Shown here: positions 13,561-30,329 of the stretch, piece after piece
How positions within the stretch are numbered: the stretch's first letter is position 1
Layout: each line of letters begins with the position of its first letter
DNA from: Prorocentrum cordatum
Lineage: Eukaryota
DNA: 64,000 nucleotides
NCBI GenBank assembly: GCA_963575745.1
Contig: CAUYUJ010000184.1
Span: 1-64,000 of the forward strand
Reading direction: 5' to 3'
The notes under the pieces: model-generated
Database searches by the model: none
What the model saw: the letters and a program-made list of their open reading frames with translations, nothing else
Told to the model about the DNA's origin: nothing
Translations under genes and position numbers: made by a program

Positions 13561-13600
13561 GGGAGGAGGGAGGACGGCGACGACGACAACGAGACGACGA
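13000..13600. repeat. (GAC)n microsatellite
   Basis: Directly visible. Confidence 0.95.
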
Positions 13601-13604
13601 CGCA

Positions 13605-14135
13605 AGAGCGCGCGCGCACGCTTTTGTTGAAAATACGTGTTGCGAAACCTTGTGTTTTTGTAGGCTTGTTTTCCGACACTCGATTTTGACATCTTTCCGA
13701 AACGGATGGGGTTTGAAGGCTTTCGGCACACGCGCGTGACGACGCGCGCGTCTGCCCTTCGTCCCATTTGTTGCAGAGGATTCTCGCGACGGCACACGCG
13801 CAAAGGCGTTCGACAGATTTCGACATGCGCGCGCGCGAAGCCCGTTTGGTAGCATGTTGTGAAAATCTGGAATCACCTATGGTTTTCCTAAGATTTCGCA
13901 AGAGCTCGCGCGTAAGCTTTTTTAGCAAATCAGTGTTGCGGAACCCTTGTTTTTGTATGTTGTTTTGGAAACTCGATTGCGAAACCCATCCGACACCGAA
14001 GATTTTTGAAGGGTTTCGGCATGCGCGCGCGACGACGCGCGCGCGTGTGCATGTCGTCCCGTTTTTTGCAGGGGATTCTCGCGACGGCGCACGCGCAAGG
14101 GCGTTCGACAGATTTCGACATGCGCGCGCGCCAAG
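13605..14135. repeat. Diverged direct duplication of an ~200-bp unit (~13638-13835 and ~13933-14131)
   Basis: Shared GTGTTGCG...GGATTCTCGCGACGGC...GGCGTTCGACAGATTTCGACATGCGCGCGCGC. Confidence 0.8.
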
Positions 14136-14139
14136 CCCT

Positions 14140-14615
14140 GGAGGAAGAGGAGGGGGAGTGGGAGGAGGAGGAGGAGGAGGAGGAGGAGGAGGAGCAGGAG
14201 GAGGAGGAGGCGGAGGAGGAGGAGGAGGAAGAGGAGAGAGGAGGAGGAGGTGGTGGTGGTGGTGGAGGAGGAGGAGGAGGGGGAGGAGGAGGAGGAGCGG
14301 AGCGGGAGGAGGCGAAGGAGGACGGGGAGGAGGAGGACGACGGGGGGAGGAGGAGGAGGAGAGGAGGAGGAGGAGGAGGAGGAGGAGGAGGGAGGAGGAG
14401 GAGAGGAGGAGGAGGAGGAGGAGGAGGAAAAGGAGGAGGAGGAGGAGGATGATGATGATGAGGAGGAGGAGGAGGAGGAGGAGGAGGAAGTGGAGGAGGA
14501 CGAGGAGGAGGGATTGGCAGGAGGAGGGGGAGGAGGAGGAGGAGGAGGAGGAGGAGGAGGAGGAGGAGGAGGAGGAGGAGGAGGAGGAGGAGGAGGAGGG
14601 GGGAGGAGGGAGAGG
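14140..14615. repeat. (GGA)n microsatellite
   Basis: Directly visible. Confidence 0.95.
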
Positions 14616-15241
14616 TGGATGGCCAGGAATCGTCGAGCTGCGCCGTCTTTTATCGTGTTCGACGACGTCGTCGGTCGTTCATCATCGTCGTCGTCGGTCG
14701 ATCATCGTTGTCGTCGTCGTGAACTGTCTTCGATCGTCGGTCGATCGCCCGTCACAGTCGTCGGCTCATCCGCAGGTCAGAGAACCCTCGCCGCACATGG
14801 GCCTGCCGCGAGCGCACTGCATGGAGGCCGCCCGAGGAGGGGGGGGGTGGCCGGGGCGCGGGAGGGCGGAGGCAAGGGCGGGCTTCGCTTGGGTTGGCGC
14901 TGGGCCCCCCTGCATGGCGCGCGGAGCCCTTTTATACGCATCAGTTTTCGGAGCTCCGCGCGGATTTCGTGGAGTGGCGCTGGGCCCGTGCCTGGCGCCA
15001 GCGCCGCCCATGGAGGGTGGAGGGAGGAAAGAGCGAGGCGGAGGGCGAGGGGGGGGGAGGGAGGCACCCGTGTGAGCGGAGGGCCGACTCGGGCGAGCGG
15101 GCCCGAAGGCGCTTCGCGGTGCACCCAAGTGCACGGAAGAATGGGAAGAGCACGCCCTGCAGGTTTGGAGGACGAGGCAGAAGAAGAGGAGGCAGCCGTC
15201 GGCAGCCCCTGCGCCCCAGGTTTTCGCCCTCGAACGGGGAG

Positions 15242-15353
15242 GGGGGAGGAAGTTGTCGTTGTGTCTTGGGGATCTTAGGGGGGGGAGGAAGTTGTCGTTG
15301 GGTCTTGGGGATCTTAGGGGGGGAGGAAGCTGTCGTTGGGTCTTGGGGATCTT
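15242..15353. repeat. 3x ~37-bp tandem repeat
   Basis: GGGAGGAAGTTGTCGTTGGGTCTTGGGGATCTTAGGG-like units. Confidence 0.85.
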
Positions 15354-15464
15354 CTCGCCTCGGGAGGCCCTCCGGCAGCTGCGCCTCGTCGGGTGCCTGG
15401 GCCGCCCTGGGCGGCCGGGGGAGCGTGGAGGCAAGACCTGGTAGCCTTCGGGTGCCGAAGGTCA

Positions 15465-15635
15465 CCACCCACCAAGCCACCCCAACCCAACCCGAAGGTC
15501 CAAATGTATCCTCGATTTCCAGTGGGGGGGGGGTCGGAGAACGTTGGAAAAACACATGGAACCCGCACCCCCCCCAACCCGAAATTCGGGTCAAATTCGG
15601 GTCTTCGAGTTGGGTTGGGGTGGTCTGGTAGGTAG
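15465..15635. mobile_element. MITE with ~30-bp imperfect TIRs, flanked by TCA on both sides
   Basis: ACCAAGCCACCCCAACCCAACCCGAAG / CTTCGAGTTGGGTTGGGGTGGTCTGGT. Relatives occur at 58809-59156 (also TCA-flanked) and as a partial copy at ~7903-8015. Confidence 0.7.
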
Positions 15636-15949
15636 TCAGAAGAGGGGGGGGGGAGGACTGGGGGCGTGTGGATCTCATCGGCCGCGCGCTTCGCCCGCTG
15701 CCTTCGACTTGCTCCGCCTCGTCGCCACGCTCGAGGCCGCGGCCGCTAAGAGAGGGGATGTCATGGCGGCGGCCACGGACTGTTCCGGGCTTCACGGGCC
15801 CCGCCCCCCCTCCTCCTCCTCCTCCTCCTCCCTCCTCCCCTCCTCCTCCTCCTCCTCCTCTCTCCTCCTCCTCCTCCTCCTCCTCCCTCCTCCTCCTCTC
15901 CTCCTCCTCCTCCTCCTCCCTCCTCCTCCCGCCCCCCCGGCCCCCCCAG

Positions 15950-18900
15950 CAGGCCTCGGAGCAAATCGCCAGAAGGACGTAAGTAGAAGCACAAAAGGGG
16001 ACCGGCGCCCGCCCCGGCGGCGACGAGAGGATCGTCCCGGCGCGGACGACTCCGTGGGCTGGATGCCTGGCCAGGATGCCCCTAAGACAGCCTACGAGGG
16101 CCCCAACAGGGTCTTGGAAATGCCTTCCGAAATCCTTCTGCTCGCGCAGCGGACCAACACAAGGATTCGTGAGCGCAGGTCGACTGGCTTGAGAGCAAGA
16201 GCCCCACAGCCTACACTCAAATCTATAACTAAGAAGGATAGAGCTCACAAGCAGTATGGCCTCCTCCCTACGGCGCCGAGCTGGATCGCAACACGCATGC
16301 ACCGCCTCGCCTGCTATTTGGAAGTGGAGGAGGAAAGGTATGCAGGGGAGGTTATAGGCAGAGCATCTAGGCCAGCCGTTTTCGAGCTCATTTCCAGAGT
16401 TTTGCGTGCCAGGCCCCAGCACGTGATGCAGAACGAGTGCACACGCGTGCTCCTGAGAGATATCCAGCAGTATATCATGGCCTTGCACGCAGACTTCGAG
16501 GCCGAAGCTTTTTGTTGCAGCAAGATTGCCACCACTGTCGCGCAGCTGCTCTCGTTCAAGGCCAGAGCTGACGCATGTGCAAAGAAGGTCATTTCAGATG
16601 TGCGGTCAGCTAATGCCAGCTCCTGGAAGGATTGGGTCGACAAGGCCCTTGACAAAGGGGCCAAGGCTGCTCACAAGTTCATCAAGGAGCGCACCAAATG
16701 GGAGCCCGACACGGTGGTCATTGAGGGTAAGCTCACGGCCTCCATTCAGAGTACCCTGGACACCTACCAGGCCAAGTTTGGGAAATTCTGGGAGCCCTCG
16801 GCGGAGCCCCTCCACAGGGACAACGTCCTCCACGAGCCCATCGGGATCCCCTCTGTGGAAGCTCTCAGGGACATCTCCAAGAGTTACCCCAAGTCCTCCG
16901 CCGTCTCCCTCGATGGGTTCCACATGAGGCATCTCAGTATGTTAACGGACGAGGCCCTAGAGGCCTTCGCCAAACTCATTTACGTCTCGGAGGTGCTGGG
17001 GGAGCTTCCTGGGCAGCTCCAGTGGGTCCTCGTGGCCCTCCTTCGCAAGGTCACAGGCGGCTACAGGCCCATCGGCATCTTTCCCATGATGTACAGAATC
17101 ACAGGCAAGCTGCGCCTCCATTTCGCCCAGGACTGGATTGCCAAGCGCGATCACTCTTGGTTTGCCTGCGGTGCCGGCAGATCACCAGTCGACGTGGTAT
17201 GGCGGCAGAGTCTCAGAGCTGAAGGGGCCGTCTCAGGAGGTGGGGCTTCTGCGGGCGTCCTCTGGGACATGGAGGCTTTCTTTGAGCGCTTCAAGAGAAG
17301 CAAGTTGCGGGCCCGTGCGCTTGCTTTAGGATTTCCTGAGACTCTGCTAGCATATCATCTCGCAGGGTACGGCTCTTGGAGACACATAGCGTGGAAGCGC
17401 TGTGTGGCCCAGCCTATTGCGGCCGCCAACGGCATTGTGGCAGGCTGTTCTTTCTGCATACTCTATGTCAGGATTTATTGTTTTGATGCCTTCTTGCGAA
17501 TCACGTCGCTGCACTCGGCCGTCTATTTCGATTTCTATTTGGATGACCTGACCATCACCTGTCACGGCACTACGCTCAGGGTGCTCAAGCGTGTTGTCAG
17601 TGCCGCCAAGGAGCTTGCCCGACTCATCGAGGTTGACTTAGAAGCCAGGATTGCGGTTCACAAAGGAGCCGTCGTTGCGTCGTCGGTGTCGTTAGCCAGG
17701 CTTCTCACCTCTGCCCTTGGGACTTCAGGGGGCAAGCTCCAAGCGGTCGCCACCAACTTAGGTTGTGATTTTACGGCGGGCAAGTCTTTCGGGTGCAACG
17801 GCGCTGCTGCTAAGCGCAAGGTCAGGCTCAGGACTGCGACGGTCAGAGGGCAGCGCCTGCGTAAGCTCACCGCGACCGCGGGGCAGCGATGTCGCAAGAT
17901 TGTCACCACTGGGCTCCTTCCCGCTGGGGCTTTCGGGGCCGCCGTCGACGGGCTCAGCAACAAGGCTTTGTACAGGCTGCAATCTCTTGAGATTGCCCAG
18001 ATTACCCCGTGTTCCTCTAGGAAATCCAGAAGCGCGGCCTTCGCCCTCACGGGGTCCAGGGCCGACCGCTGGGCCCTCGGGCCCGTCCTCAGGTGGGCCC
18101 AGGAAGTGTGGAACACTACGCTCGGCAAGTATGTGACCCCAGGGACCATAGGATTGCTCGAGCTCAAGGAGATTTATAGCAATGTGCAGCCAGCAGGACA
18201 TTTGAGTTATAACGCCGTGCGAGGACCACTCAGCGCGGCAGCTCACGCGCTTCAACGAATTGGCTGGAGTTTCACATCCGCGTTTACGCTGCAGGACCAC
18301 TTTGGCAGGACGGTCAGGCTCACTGACACCTCGCCGAGCCTGCTTTCTGATTTGCTTCACCAAGGATGCCAGAGGAGATGGGAAATCACGGCCGCTAAGA
18401 GCATACCCAGCCCAACCCCCATGAAGCGAGTGTGTTTTGACATTGTTCGTTCCCTGCTTTCCCCCAAAAACAAGAAGTTACCCCCCAGGTTTAAGGCTAT
18501 CCTCCAAACCCTTGTGGTCCAGGGTTGGTGGACCGAGGAAAAACTCGCTAATATAGGCTACGACGTGCCTAATGAATGCCCGCTCTGTAAAGCCTTCGGG
18601 GGCACCATACACCACCGTCTTTTCTCTTGTCAGCATCCAGAGGTTGTCGCCCTCAGGACAGAGCTGCTGCCGCCAGACGTTTTGCAGGCCGCGCTGGAGG
18701 CGCCAGAGAACAGCCCCCTGTACTGCTTCGGTCTTTTCGAGCATCCAGGGGAGCAGCACGATGATTTTCCGCTGCCCAGGGAGAAGCCCATTGTTCGATT
18801 TGTCCGACACGACGGACAGCCAGACACGGTACCGCACTTTGGGGGGCCCACGGGAACCGACGGGTCGTGCACCAAGACAGGCATTGCGGAGTTAGACAGA

Positions 18901-20043
18901 GCGACGTTTTCGGTAGTGGCTTACAGCACCGACGGGGCCCCAGAGGCCTCATTTTATGGCGCTGTGGCAGCCAACCTCCCCCAGACCTCTCAGGCTGGGG
19001 AGCACATGGGCTTCCTGGTACTCCAGGAGGCCCTCACCAAACCCTCCAAGGCCTGGGTGGACTGCAAAGCGGTCCTGGATCAGCACGCTAGGCCACTGCC
19101 GACACGTCTCAGCAGCAAGCTAAAGTACTCAGGCCTGCACAAGCTAGCGCTTGCGCGGGACAGCAGGCACCTCCTCGAGACGGCCTCCAAAGTCAAGAGC
19201 CATCAGAATGTTAACGAGCTGGCTGGTGAGGCCAGACTCGCTGCCGAGATCAACGCAGCAGCGGACAAGATGGCGAAGGCGGCAATGGAATGCCACCCAA
19301 GTTTCAACCCGTCAGCGCTGCAGGAGTTGCAACGCAAAATAGAGGCCGCTCGAGCGATTGGATTATATGCGCCCAGAGTTCTCGCCCTTTGCCAGCGCAA
19401 TAGGCACAAATGCGAGAGAGCCGCTCTGCCCTGTAAGGTTCAGGCCACCATCGTCGTTCACGACTGGGAGGTTCTTCAAGGGCCGATACCATACAGGTGC
19501 AGAGCTTGTTTCACGTACGCCCGATCTTATAAGGCAGCTGTCGCACGAGAGAGACAAGCGCGTCAGCCACTGGCCAGCGCGTTCAGGCGCGGCCTCGAAG
19601 GCATCCACGCCAGCCACCAGATGGCAATAGCGCATTTTGCCGTGCCAGTCGTCTTTTGTCTTGTCTGTGGGCGCTATGCCCAGTATGCTTTCAGAGGCTT
19701 GCCAGCCACTTGTCCAGGACGCCCTCCCAAGAGCGGCGGCCGTGCGAACATCAGAAATCGTCTTTTGGCTGGCAAGCATCCAAGGTTTTCAGATTTTGTT
19801 TCAGAGTCCGAGCGGTACAACACCGCAGAAATTCAAAGGCAGCAGCGGGCGCAGCGCGTACGTGCAGCAGCGCGCGCGGCGATGCCACTCCCGAGTCAGC
19901 CGCACCCAAGATCACAGCCTCGCCCACAGAGGTTCGAGGCTGGTCGAGGGCGCCAGCAGCCAGTCAGCAGGCGCCCAGAGGAGGATGGGGTTCCCATCCC
20001 TCCCGTGGGTTTCGGCTTGGACGACTCGGGATCGTCGGACTAG
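15950..20043 (+). CDS. Non-LTR retrotransposon polyprotein: reverse transcriptase + CCHC zf-RVT-like finger + RNase H + C-terminal Cys/His domain; probably 5'-truncated (no endonuclease seen)
   Basis: Uninterrupted frame. RT motifs SLDGF, GYRPIGIF, LWDMEAFFE, GIVAGCSF and YLDD (17536-17547). Finger CPLC-x8-HRLFSC. RNase H acidic residues in GTDGS (18859), QAGEH, WVDCK and KVKSH...INAAAD. C-terminal CRAC/H/CLVC/C. The true start is uncertain because the track start at 15544 lies in a MITE and microsatellite. Confidence 0.93.
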
Positions 20044-20455
20044 GCCCCCGTCCAAGGCCCACCGCCACCTCGGCGGTGCTGTGCGCTTGTGAGGGGCCAC
20101 CCGCCCGACGGTCTCTGCCCTGGGTCTCTGCCATTGGCGCACCCAGGCACCGTCGGGCCACCCCACCTGGAGGGTGACTGGCCAGAGCCGCGTGCGTATG
20201 GCCCGAGCATGAAAAAAAAAGAGCAGTGCTCGCTCTCTTGTCTGGAGTCGCATTTGGTTGCCTGGCACCTGCAAAGTTCCTGGCCCGGCCGATCCTGGGC
20301 CCTGGATGGGCGTGCGTGCCTTCGTGGCCGAGCGAGGAGGGTGTGATACACCGACCCCAGGCCCCAGACTTGCCCAGGCCGGGATCGGCGGAATTGTGCA
20401 GCCGGCGTCCCCTTCTTACAGCTGATCCTACCCCGTCGAAGGTGCAGTCTGGGTT

Positions 20456-20503
20456 CGTCGTCGTCCTCGTCGTCAGCAGCAGCATCATCATATCAGCATC
20501 ATC

Positions 20504-20535
<32 letters not shown>

Positions 20536-20845
20536 CATCATCGTCATCATCATCATCATCATCATCATCATAATCAGCATCATTATCATCATTGTCAGTC
20601 AGCATTATCATCATCATCATCATCATCATCATTAGCATCACCACCACCACCTTCGTCAGCATCATCATCACCATCATCATCAGCAGCATCATCATCAGCA
20701 GCAGCATCAGCACCAGCACCAGCATCAGCACAATCATCATGTCATCATCATCATCATCGTCATCATCATGACCTCGTCGTTGTCGTCGTCGGCATCGTCT
20801 TCGTCGTTGTCGTCGTCGTCGTCATCGTCATCGTAATCGTCGCCG
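20456..20845. repeat. (GTC)n/(CAT)n microsatellite
   Basis: Directly visible. Confidence 0.95.
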
Positions 20846-20921
20846 ATCGAAGACACGTGCGTGCTTTGGCCCACCCCCCTTCGGGGCGCGCGGAACTGGG
20901 AGCTGGGGCGCAAGGGGAAGG

Positions 20922-24590
<3,669 letters not shown>

Positions 24591-24599
24591 GAGGAGGAG

Positions 24600-24706
24600 A
24601 TAATGATGATGATGATGATGATGATAATGATGATGATGATGATGATGATTGATGATGATGATGATGATGATGATGGTGATGCTGATGATGATGATGATGA
24701 TGATGA

Positions 24707-24789
<83 letters not shown>

Positions 24790-25072
24790 CGAGGATGAGG
24801 AGGAGGAGGAGGAGGAGGGGAGGAGAGGAGGAGCAGAGATGGCAGGGCGAGGGACGAAGGGAGGGGGTTGGGGGGAGGGAGGGAGGGAGGGAGGGAGGGG
24901 GAGGTGGAGGAGGAGGAGGAGGAGGAGGAGGAGGAGGAAAGGGAGGAGGAGGAGGCGGAGGAGGTGGAGGAGCAGGAGGAGGAGGAGGAGGAGGAGGAGG
25001 AGGAGGAGGAGGAGGAAAGGAGGGCTGGAGGGATGAAGGAGGAGGAGGAGGAGGAGGAGGAGGAGGAGGAGC
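24600..25072. repeat. (GAT)n then (GGA)n microsatellite
   Basis: Directly visible. Confidence 0.95.
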
Positions 25073-25379
25073 ACTCATGAATTACGCCTGTCGTCTTGAG
25101 GCCTATTCAGCTTTGCTTAAAAGACCTTTGGCCACGCACCCTGGGGAACACGCCGCAGGTATTCGGGCCCGGTGGGGGGTGATCCGAGACGCACATTCTT
25201 TACCAATGGCCAAATGCTACTGCGAGCCGTATCAGCCGCAACCTATACAATACCCCCTATCTTATTGCTAACGCGAAAAACACCCCCAGCAATGTGCAGT
25301 TCGACACATGGGGGCTTCATACATATCGTTATATATATATATATATATATATATAGATATAGAGTCAGCGTTATAGCTG

Positions 25380-27120
25380 ACTGGAGAGAGGCACGCGGTC
25401 CTGAGCCACGACGTCCTCGGGGCCTTCGAAGCGGACCTTCCGCACCTGGTGCACCTACACCCTGTGCTGTCCACGCTGTGGGACGAGGCTAGAAGGGCGA
25501 GAGAGGCAGCAGCAGGGGGCGGAAGGGGAACAGGGGCAGGCGGACCCTTTTCACCTTCTTCGTTCCTATCTTGATCCTCGGTGGCTATCGAATCAAGATT
25601 GGCTCTGAGAATGCGCATCCGCACGAGACGAGCCAGCCTTTCTTGCATGAGCACCTCGTGACGGACGGCCTCGGGGAGACGTGCCTCGGATGCCGCCTGC
25701 CCTGCCATCTTATCGACAACCAGATCGCTTGCCACCGTCCACCGTGGAGCTCGGCCGTCCACGACGTCTGCGGCAGGAAGGTGTAAACTCAGAAAGAAGA
25801 CAGATACAGTCAACAACCCTAATAAGGACGCGCGACTTTGCTCAGGGTACCCTTGCGTCCTTGCTCTTCCTTGCTCTTGCGTCCTTGGGGTTTTCGTCGT
25901 CCGCCGCCCCAGAAATCCCAACTTCGGCTTCCAAGGGTCTTGCGTCCTTACCGCGCGTCCTCATGAGGGTTTTTGCCTGCATGGCATCACGACTCCCTTG
26001 TTCTGCATCCGCCCTGGCGGCGCCCACGGGTCTGCGCCTTCGCCCGTGGGCGCCGCATTCCTGCGACTATACGATCCCGAGGCCGATTGGCTCCCAGTCG
26101 GGAACAAACGCCACCCAGTCGTGGTCCAAACGGCCAGGAGCAGTGCGCGCGACTCTCCCCGAGCGACGACCTGCCCGGGCCCCGAAAGCGTGCCACGTGC
26201 AGTCGAGGCTAGCTGCAGGGCTCCAAAGCACGCGTGAAGACGGTGGACGCTCCGACTCTGCGAAGCAACCTGCTGCTGGTGTCTGGGGCCCCGCTCGCAT
26301 CTCCGAAAACGACAGCGGTGAATCTTGTGGCCCTCCAGCTCCTCAGTGCCGACCCAGTTCTCGATCCCACTGGGCGATGGGACGGGAGTCCAGGGCGCTG
26401 GCATGAGGCCTCGGAGCCAACAGCCCTGGCCCATACCAGCTAGGGCGGGGGCCTGCGGAATCAAGTCGTGAGACTATTCGCATGCCGTGCGTCATGCATG
26501 CATGTCGCATAGCCATACACGATGCAACATACCCACAGTGGCCGTGCGACACCGTGGGCACTCAGGAGCCCCGCCGTGCCTGCACATTTGCGGCTCATCG
26601 CCGATCTTTCGGCGGCGGTGTTCCCGATTCCAGGTTGATCTTCCCCCCCCCCCCGAACCCGTCCCGCGTGTCGTTCACCATCGTTTCAGCGGGCGCGAGG
26701 GGGGGGGTAAGGCCTGGCACGCAGGCCGCTGCTGCACCCTCCTACCGCACATGTCAGCAGGACCTCCGACAGCCCACGCCCAGACGCTGAGACTGCGGCC
26801 AGCTGCTGCAGCAGGAGCTGGCACGAGTCGCAGTCGATCCCGGCTGCCCCAAGCCAGCTCCGCGGAAGTGCCGATTGGCCCCCTGCCACAGCGCCTGCTG
26901 CAACGTCTGCCTGATGTCGGCGAGGAAACCCTGATGAGAACCCAAGGCAGCGATTCCTGAGTACATCTCGTCATCGAACTTCCACATGTCTCCCGAGGCT
27001 GGGCGGCTGAGAGGAATATCCCGTGCCGTCGCCTGCTGCGGGGGCCAGCCCGCCTCCAGCAGGTGCAGGATGGTGGCCGCCATCGGCCCCTGCACATGCC
27101 GCGCGCGCTGTCCAGGAGGG
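25380..27120 (-). pseudogene. Decayed non-LTR retrotransposon 3' half (post-RT domain, RNase H, C-terminal Cys motif)
   Basis: Frameshifted segments VQGPMAATILHLLEAGW (cf. VRGPLSAAAHALQRIGW in the intact ORF), FGDASG (~26290), QVVARGESRAL, VVDKMAGQAA and CRCTRCG. Confidence 0.75.
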
Positions 27121-27123
27121 AAT

Positions 27124-27258
27124 CTTGGCATCGCTCGGACGTGTGCACTTTTCCTTCGGCGAGGACCATCGAGGAGCATCCTTAATCATTTGGCGAACAA
27201 AAACCACGCACGAAACCAAAAAAAAAAAACAGGCAGTGGACGTCCGAGCGATGGCGAA
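27124..27258. mobile_element. MITE, ~17-bp TIR (CATCGCTCGGACGT), copy 1
   Basis: TGGCATCGCTCGGACGT / ACGTCCGAGCGATGGCG, with a similar copy at 54489-54622. Confidence 0.8.
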
Positions 27259-27924
27259 TGAATGCGCCGAAGACCTCCTCCCGCGCTTGCCGAGCTTCTG
27301 CTCGTAGACCTGGCTGCCCCTTCCAGGCGCGCAGCCGCAGGTCGAGCGCCTCGACCGGTGGCCTGATGGCTGGATCCGCGCCTCCTGCCCTCAGAGCGAG
27401 CAGCGTCGTCAGGGAGGGAGGAGGAGGAGGAGGAGGAGGAGGAGGAGGAGGAGGAGGAGGAGGAGGAGGAGGCCGGGGGAGGGGGCAGCCAGGGGCGTCC
27501 CAAGCCGTCGACGTGCTCGGGTCATCCCGCCCCCGAAGGTGCCGACCGCCTGGTGGCCGTGCACCCCCGCCGCCCGCGCCCCCTGCTCTCCGAACCCTCC
27601 CGTGGTGCGGTGCTGCCTCGAGGCGGGCGGCACGTCTCCGCACCTTGCCGCTCGTGGCCTCGTGCTCCGCCTCCCTCGTGAGGCGGTTCTCCCCGACCGA
27701 GCGCACGCCCCCCGCCCGGGTCGATCCCGGCTGTCGGTGGCCCGCCTCCTCGGCTGGGGCGTGCACCCCGCGAGCCTGACCTCGCGAGCCGCCCGCCGGG
27801 CGTCTTGGAGCGAGGAGCACGCGCCCGCCGACGCAGGGGCGCAGCTCGAGCTCCTCGCAGGCGGCGTCGATCGCGCAGGCTGCCAGGGCCGTCCTCGCCG
27901 ATGCTCGGGGCCCCCGAGCAGACT

Positions 27925-28091
27925 CAGGAGGGGAACAAAAACAACACACATACACAATTAATCGTCGATCCCCAAGACAATATGGGAACATCTGGGAATT
28001 GGGCGGGAAGGCAAAAACCCAGAAACTATAGGAAAGTATGGGGAACCTTTTTACTTGTGTGTATTCATTTGTGTGTCCCAGGGCCCCTTCA
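27925..28091 (+). mobile_element. ~150-bp dispersed element (CAGGAGGGG...GGGGCCCCTTCA), copy 1
   Basis: Copies at 30544-30678, 31971-32130 and 57064-57224, plus a degenerate reverse copy at ~62092-62250. CAGACT is duplicated on both flanks of this copy. Confidence 0.75.
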
Positions 28092-28279
28092 CAGACTGCG
28101 ACAGCTCATCGGTCCAGGTCCTCCGCCCCCTCCCGGGGTGGGCGACCGCGATGGTCGCCAGCACGCAATTGCGTCGCCGACTCGGCGAGGCGCGCCCCCG
28201 ACCCCGAGCCCCCGGGGGCGACGCTCCTCGTGGGCTGGGGCGCCCTGGACGTGGCGCTCAGCTGGCCCAGGGTGCGCCG

Positions 28280-28325
<46 letters not shown>

Positions 28326-28356
28326 TTTCGCTGTCGTCGTCGTCCTCGTCGTCGTC

Positions 28357-28398
<42 letters not shown>

Positions 28399-28462
28399 TC
28401 TTCCGCGGGCCAAGTGCAACGCCTTCGACGGGAACTTCAATGCCAGGGCGCAGGAGGCCAGC

Positions 28463-30310
28463 TTAGAACGGCCGGGTGTCCACGAGGGACTCGCCACTTG
28501 CAATCCCCAGGTGGTAGGACACCTTCTGCTGCAGCACGCGGATGAACGTCTCGCGGAGGCTAGAGTTGCCTCTGACTGCAGCGTCCCATGATTCTCCAGC
28601 TTCAGTCCACCAGCCACGAACGATGGTCTCTCTAATATGGCTGAACAAGCTTCTTATCATTGGCACGGGCCCGATGACTCGATCTCCAGTCGTTTGTGTT
28701 GGCAAAATGCGTCCCACTATCAGCAGGACTTGGTCAGGCCAAACAAGATGATACTCACGTGCATGGAACTGCAGCGCCAACTCCGCCTGCGCCTCGTCGG
28801 TAAGGCGCTCGAAGTCCAGCGGGCTCAGTATGTCCACCTCTAATCCTGCCTTGCCTCGCATCTTGCGAAGCGCATCTCTAAGATCGGAGATAGAAATATC
28901 GTGCAGTGGCTCGTCGCCAGCAACGTCCTGAATCTGCCTGAAGATCCGATAGCGTTCGTCTTTATCCAGGGCCGTCGGTGACCGCAGGTCGTCCCACGCT
29001 CTGGTCTCATGATCAAAGATATCCCGTGTGTGGTAAAGAACTGCTTCGCCCTCTGACTGGCTTAAAGACTCATGCAATTTTCCGATAGCACCGTCCTCGA
29101 TCACGACATCCTTAAACTCGTTGAGACTGTTCCTGACGGCGCTACGTTGGTCCCTCCCCATGATGCGTTTGGAGTTGGTCCAGGCTGGGATGTGAGCGAC
29201 CCTTGGGGAACTTGGCCATCCCCAAGAGCACATTGCAAGGGCGAAGCGGCCAGGAGGGAGGAGTTGGGGCAGAAGTTGAGCTCGTCCGCCCAAGGGTCCT
29301 CTTCCTCAGGCCACTCATCCAAATCGAACGATTCAGTAACAGGCTCCCCTCACCCCTGCGGCCGAAGACGATTTTTCCCCAGCTTCCTCGGCCTCAGGGC
29401 ACGCCTTGCATTGCTCCGACAGACAGCAATCCTCGAAGACAGAAGAAAACTTAGCGGCCCGCTTTTCTACGGCGAGCTAGTGCCGAATTCGACGCTTAGC
29501 CTGCACTCAACTGGACTTAGAACCTTCGGTGGCTTCTTTACAAGGTCCAGGAACCAGAGGGAGCCTGCAAGGAGTCTCCAGAATCCTCGTGACAAGTTGC
29601 TCCCCCGAGCGACGCATGACGATCTCAAGGCCGACGTGAGGTTTCCACGGAATGGAGATGACAGGGCGGATCGCTGCGACAGATGGCATTGCCGACTGAC
29701 TGCACAGAGAATAGTCAATGACCGTGCCCGAGCCAAGATTACACGTCACAGCTCCTTTTGCCTGCAACACGACTGCTGGCTAACGACGTACGATTCTTGA
29801 CTTCTCGAAGTGTCGATCCGCCAGGTTAAAGCCACCTGCAGCTATCCAGGGGAGCTAAGGATACCACGAGAGATCCATAAGACGCTGAAGTTTGCCTGCA
29901 GTGGCACCTGTGGGCCTAATATTATTGTGAGCATGGAAACTTACCATTATCGTGCAGAATCCAGCAACATGAAGAGCTGTGGCTAGAAAACTATCGAAGC
30001 ATTTCGAATGATGAGGCGCATGTAATCTAACTGCTGCTAGCCTGGCAGCTGGAAGACGACGTGACTGCACGTGCCCACGTGACATGAACCGAACCACTTT
30101 CCGCCCTCATTCGAGTGTTCCATCAGCGCCTCCCTGCGGTGCGCTTCGTCTGACGGCCGAGCAGCATTGGTGAACAAACGTAGGTCTTCCCCGAGCCTTG
30201 GCATCATACTTTTCAGAGTCCTCGATTCGACAATACTGATGAAGTCGAACGACTGAGACGTCAGCCAGTTCCATGACTTCTTCCCCAAGCAGGTGATGTT
30301 AGCATGGGGC
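28463..30310 (-). pseudogene. Decayed non-LTR ORF2: apurinic/apyrimidinic endonuclease + N-terminal half of RT
   Basis: ANITCLG...DFISIVESR (APE N-terminus), GTVIDYSLCS...IPWKPHVGL (APE C-terminus), then KAGLEVD...GDRVIG...WDAAVRG...SLVDTRPF (early RT domains). Stops and frameshifts lie between these segments. Confidence 0.85.
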
Positions 30311-30329
30311 CATCGACTATGCTTTCTCT

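Noticed and set aside
15544..15950. N-terminal ~135 aa of the 1499-aa ORF
   Set aside because: It starts at a non-ATG codon inside a MITE and crosses a (CCT)n tract, so it is fortuitous read-through and not part of the retroelement protein.
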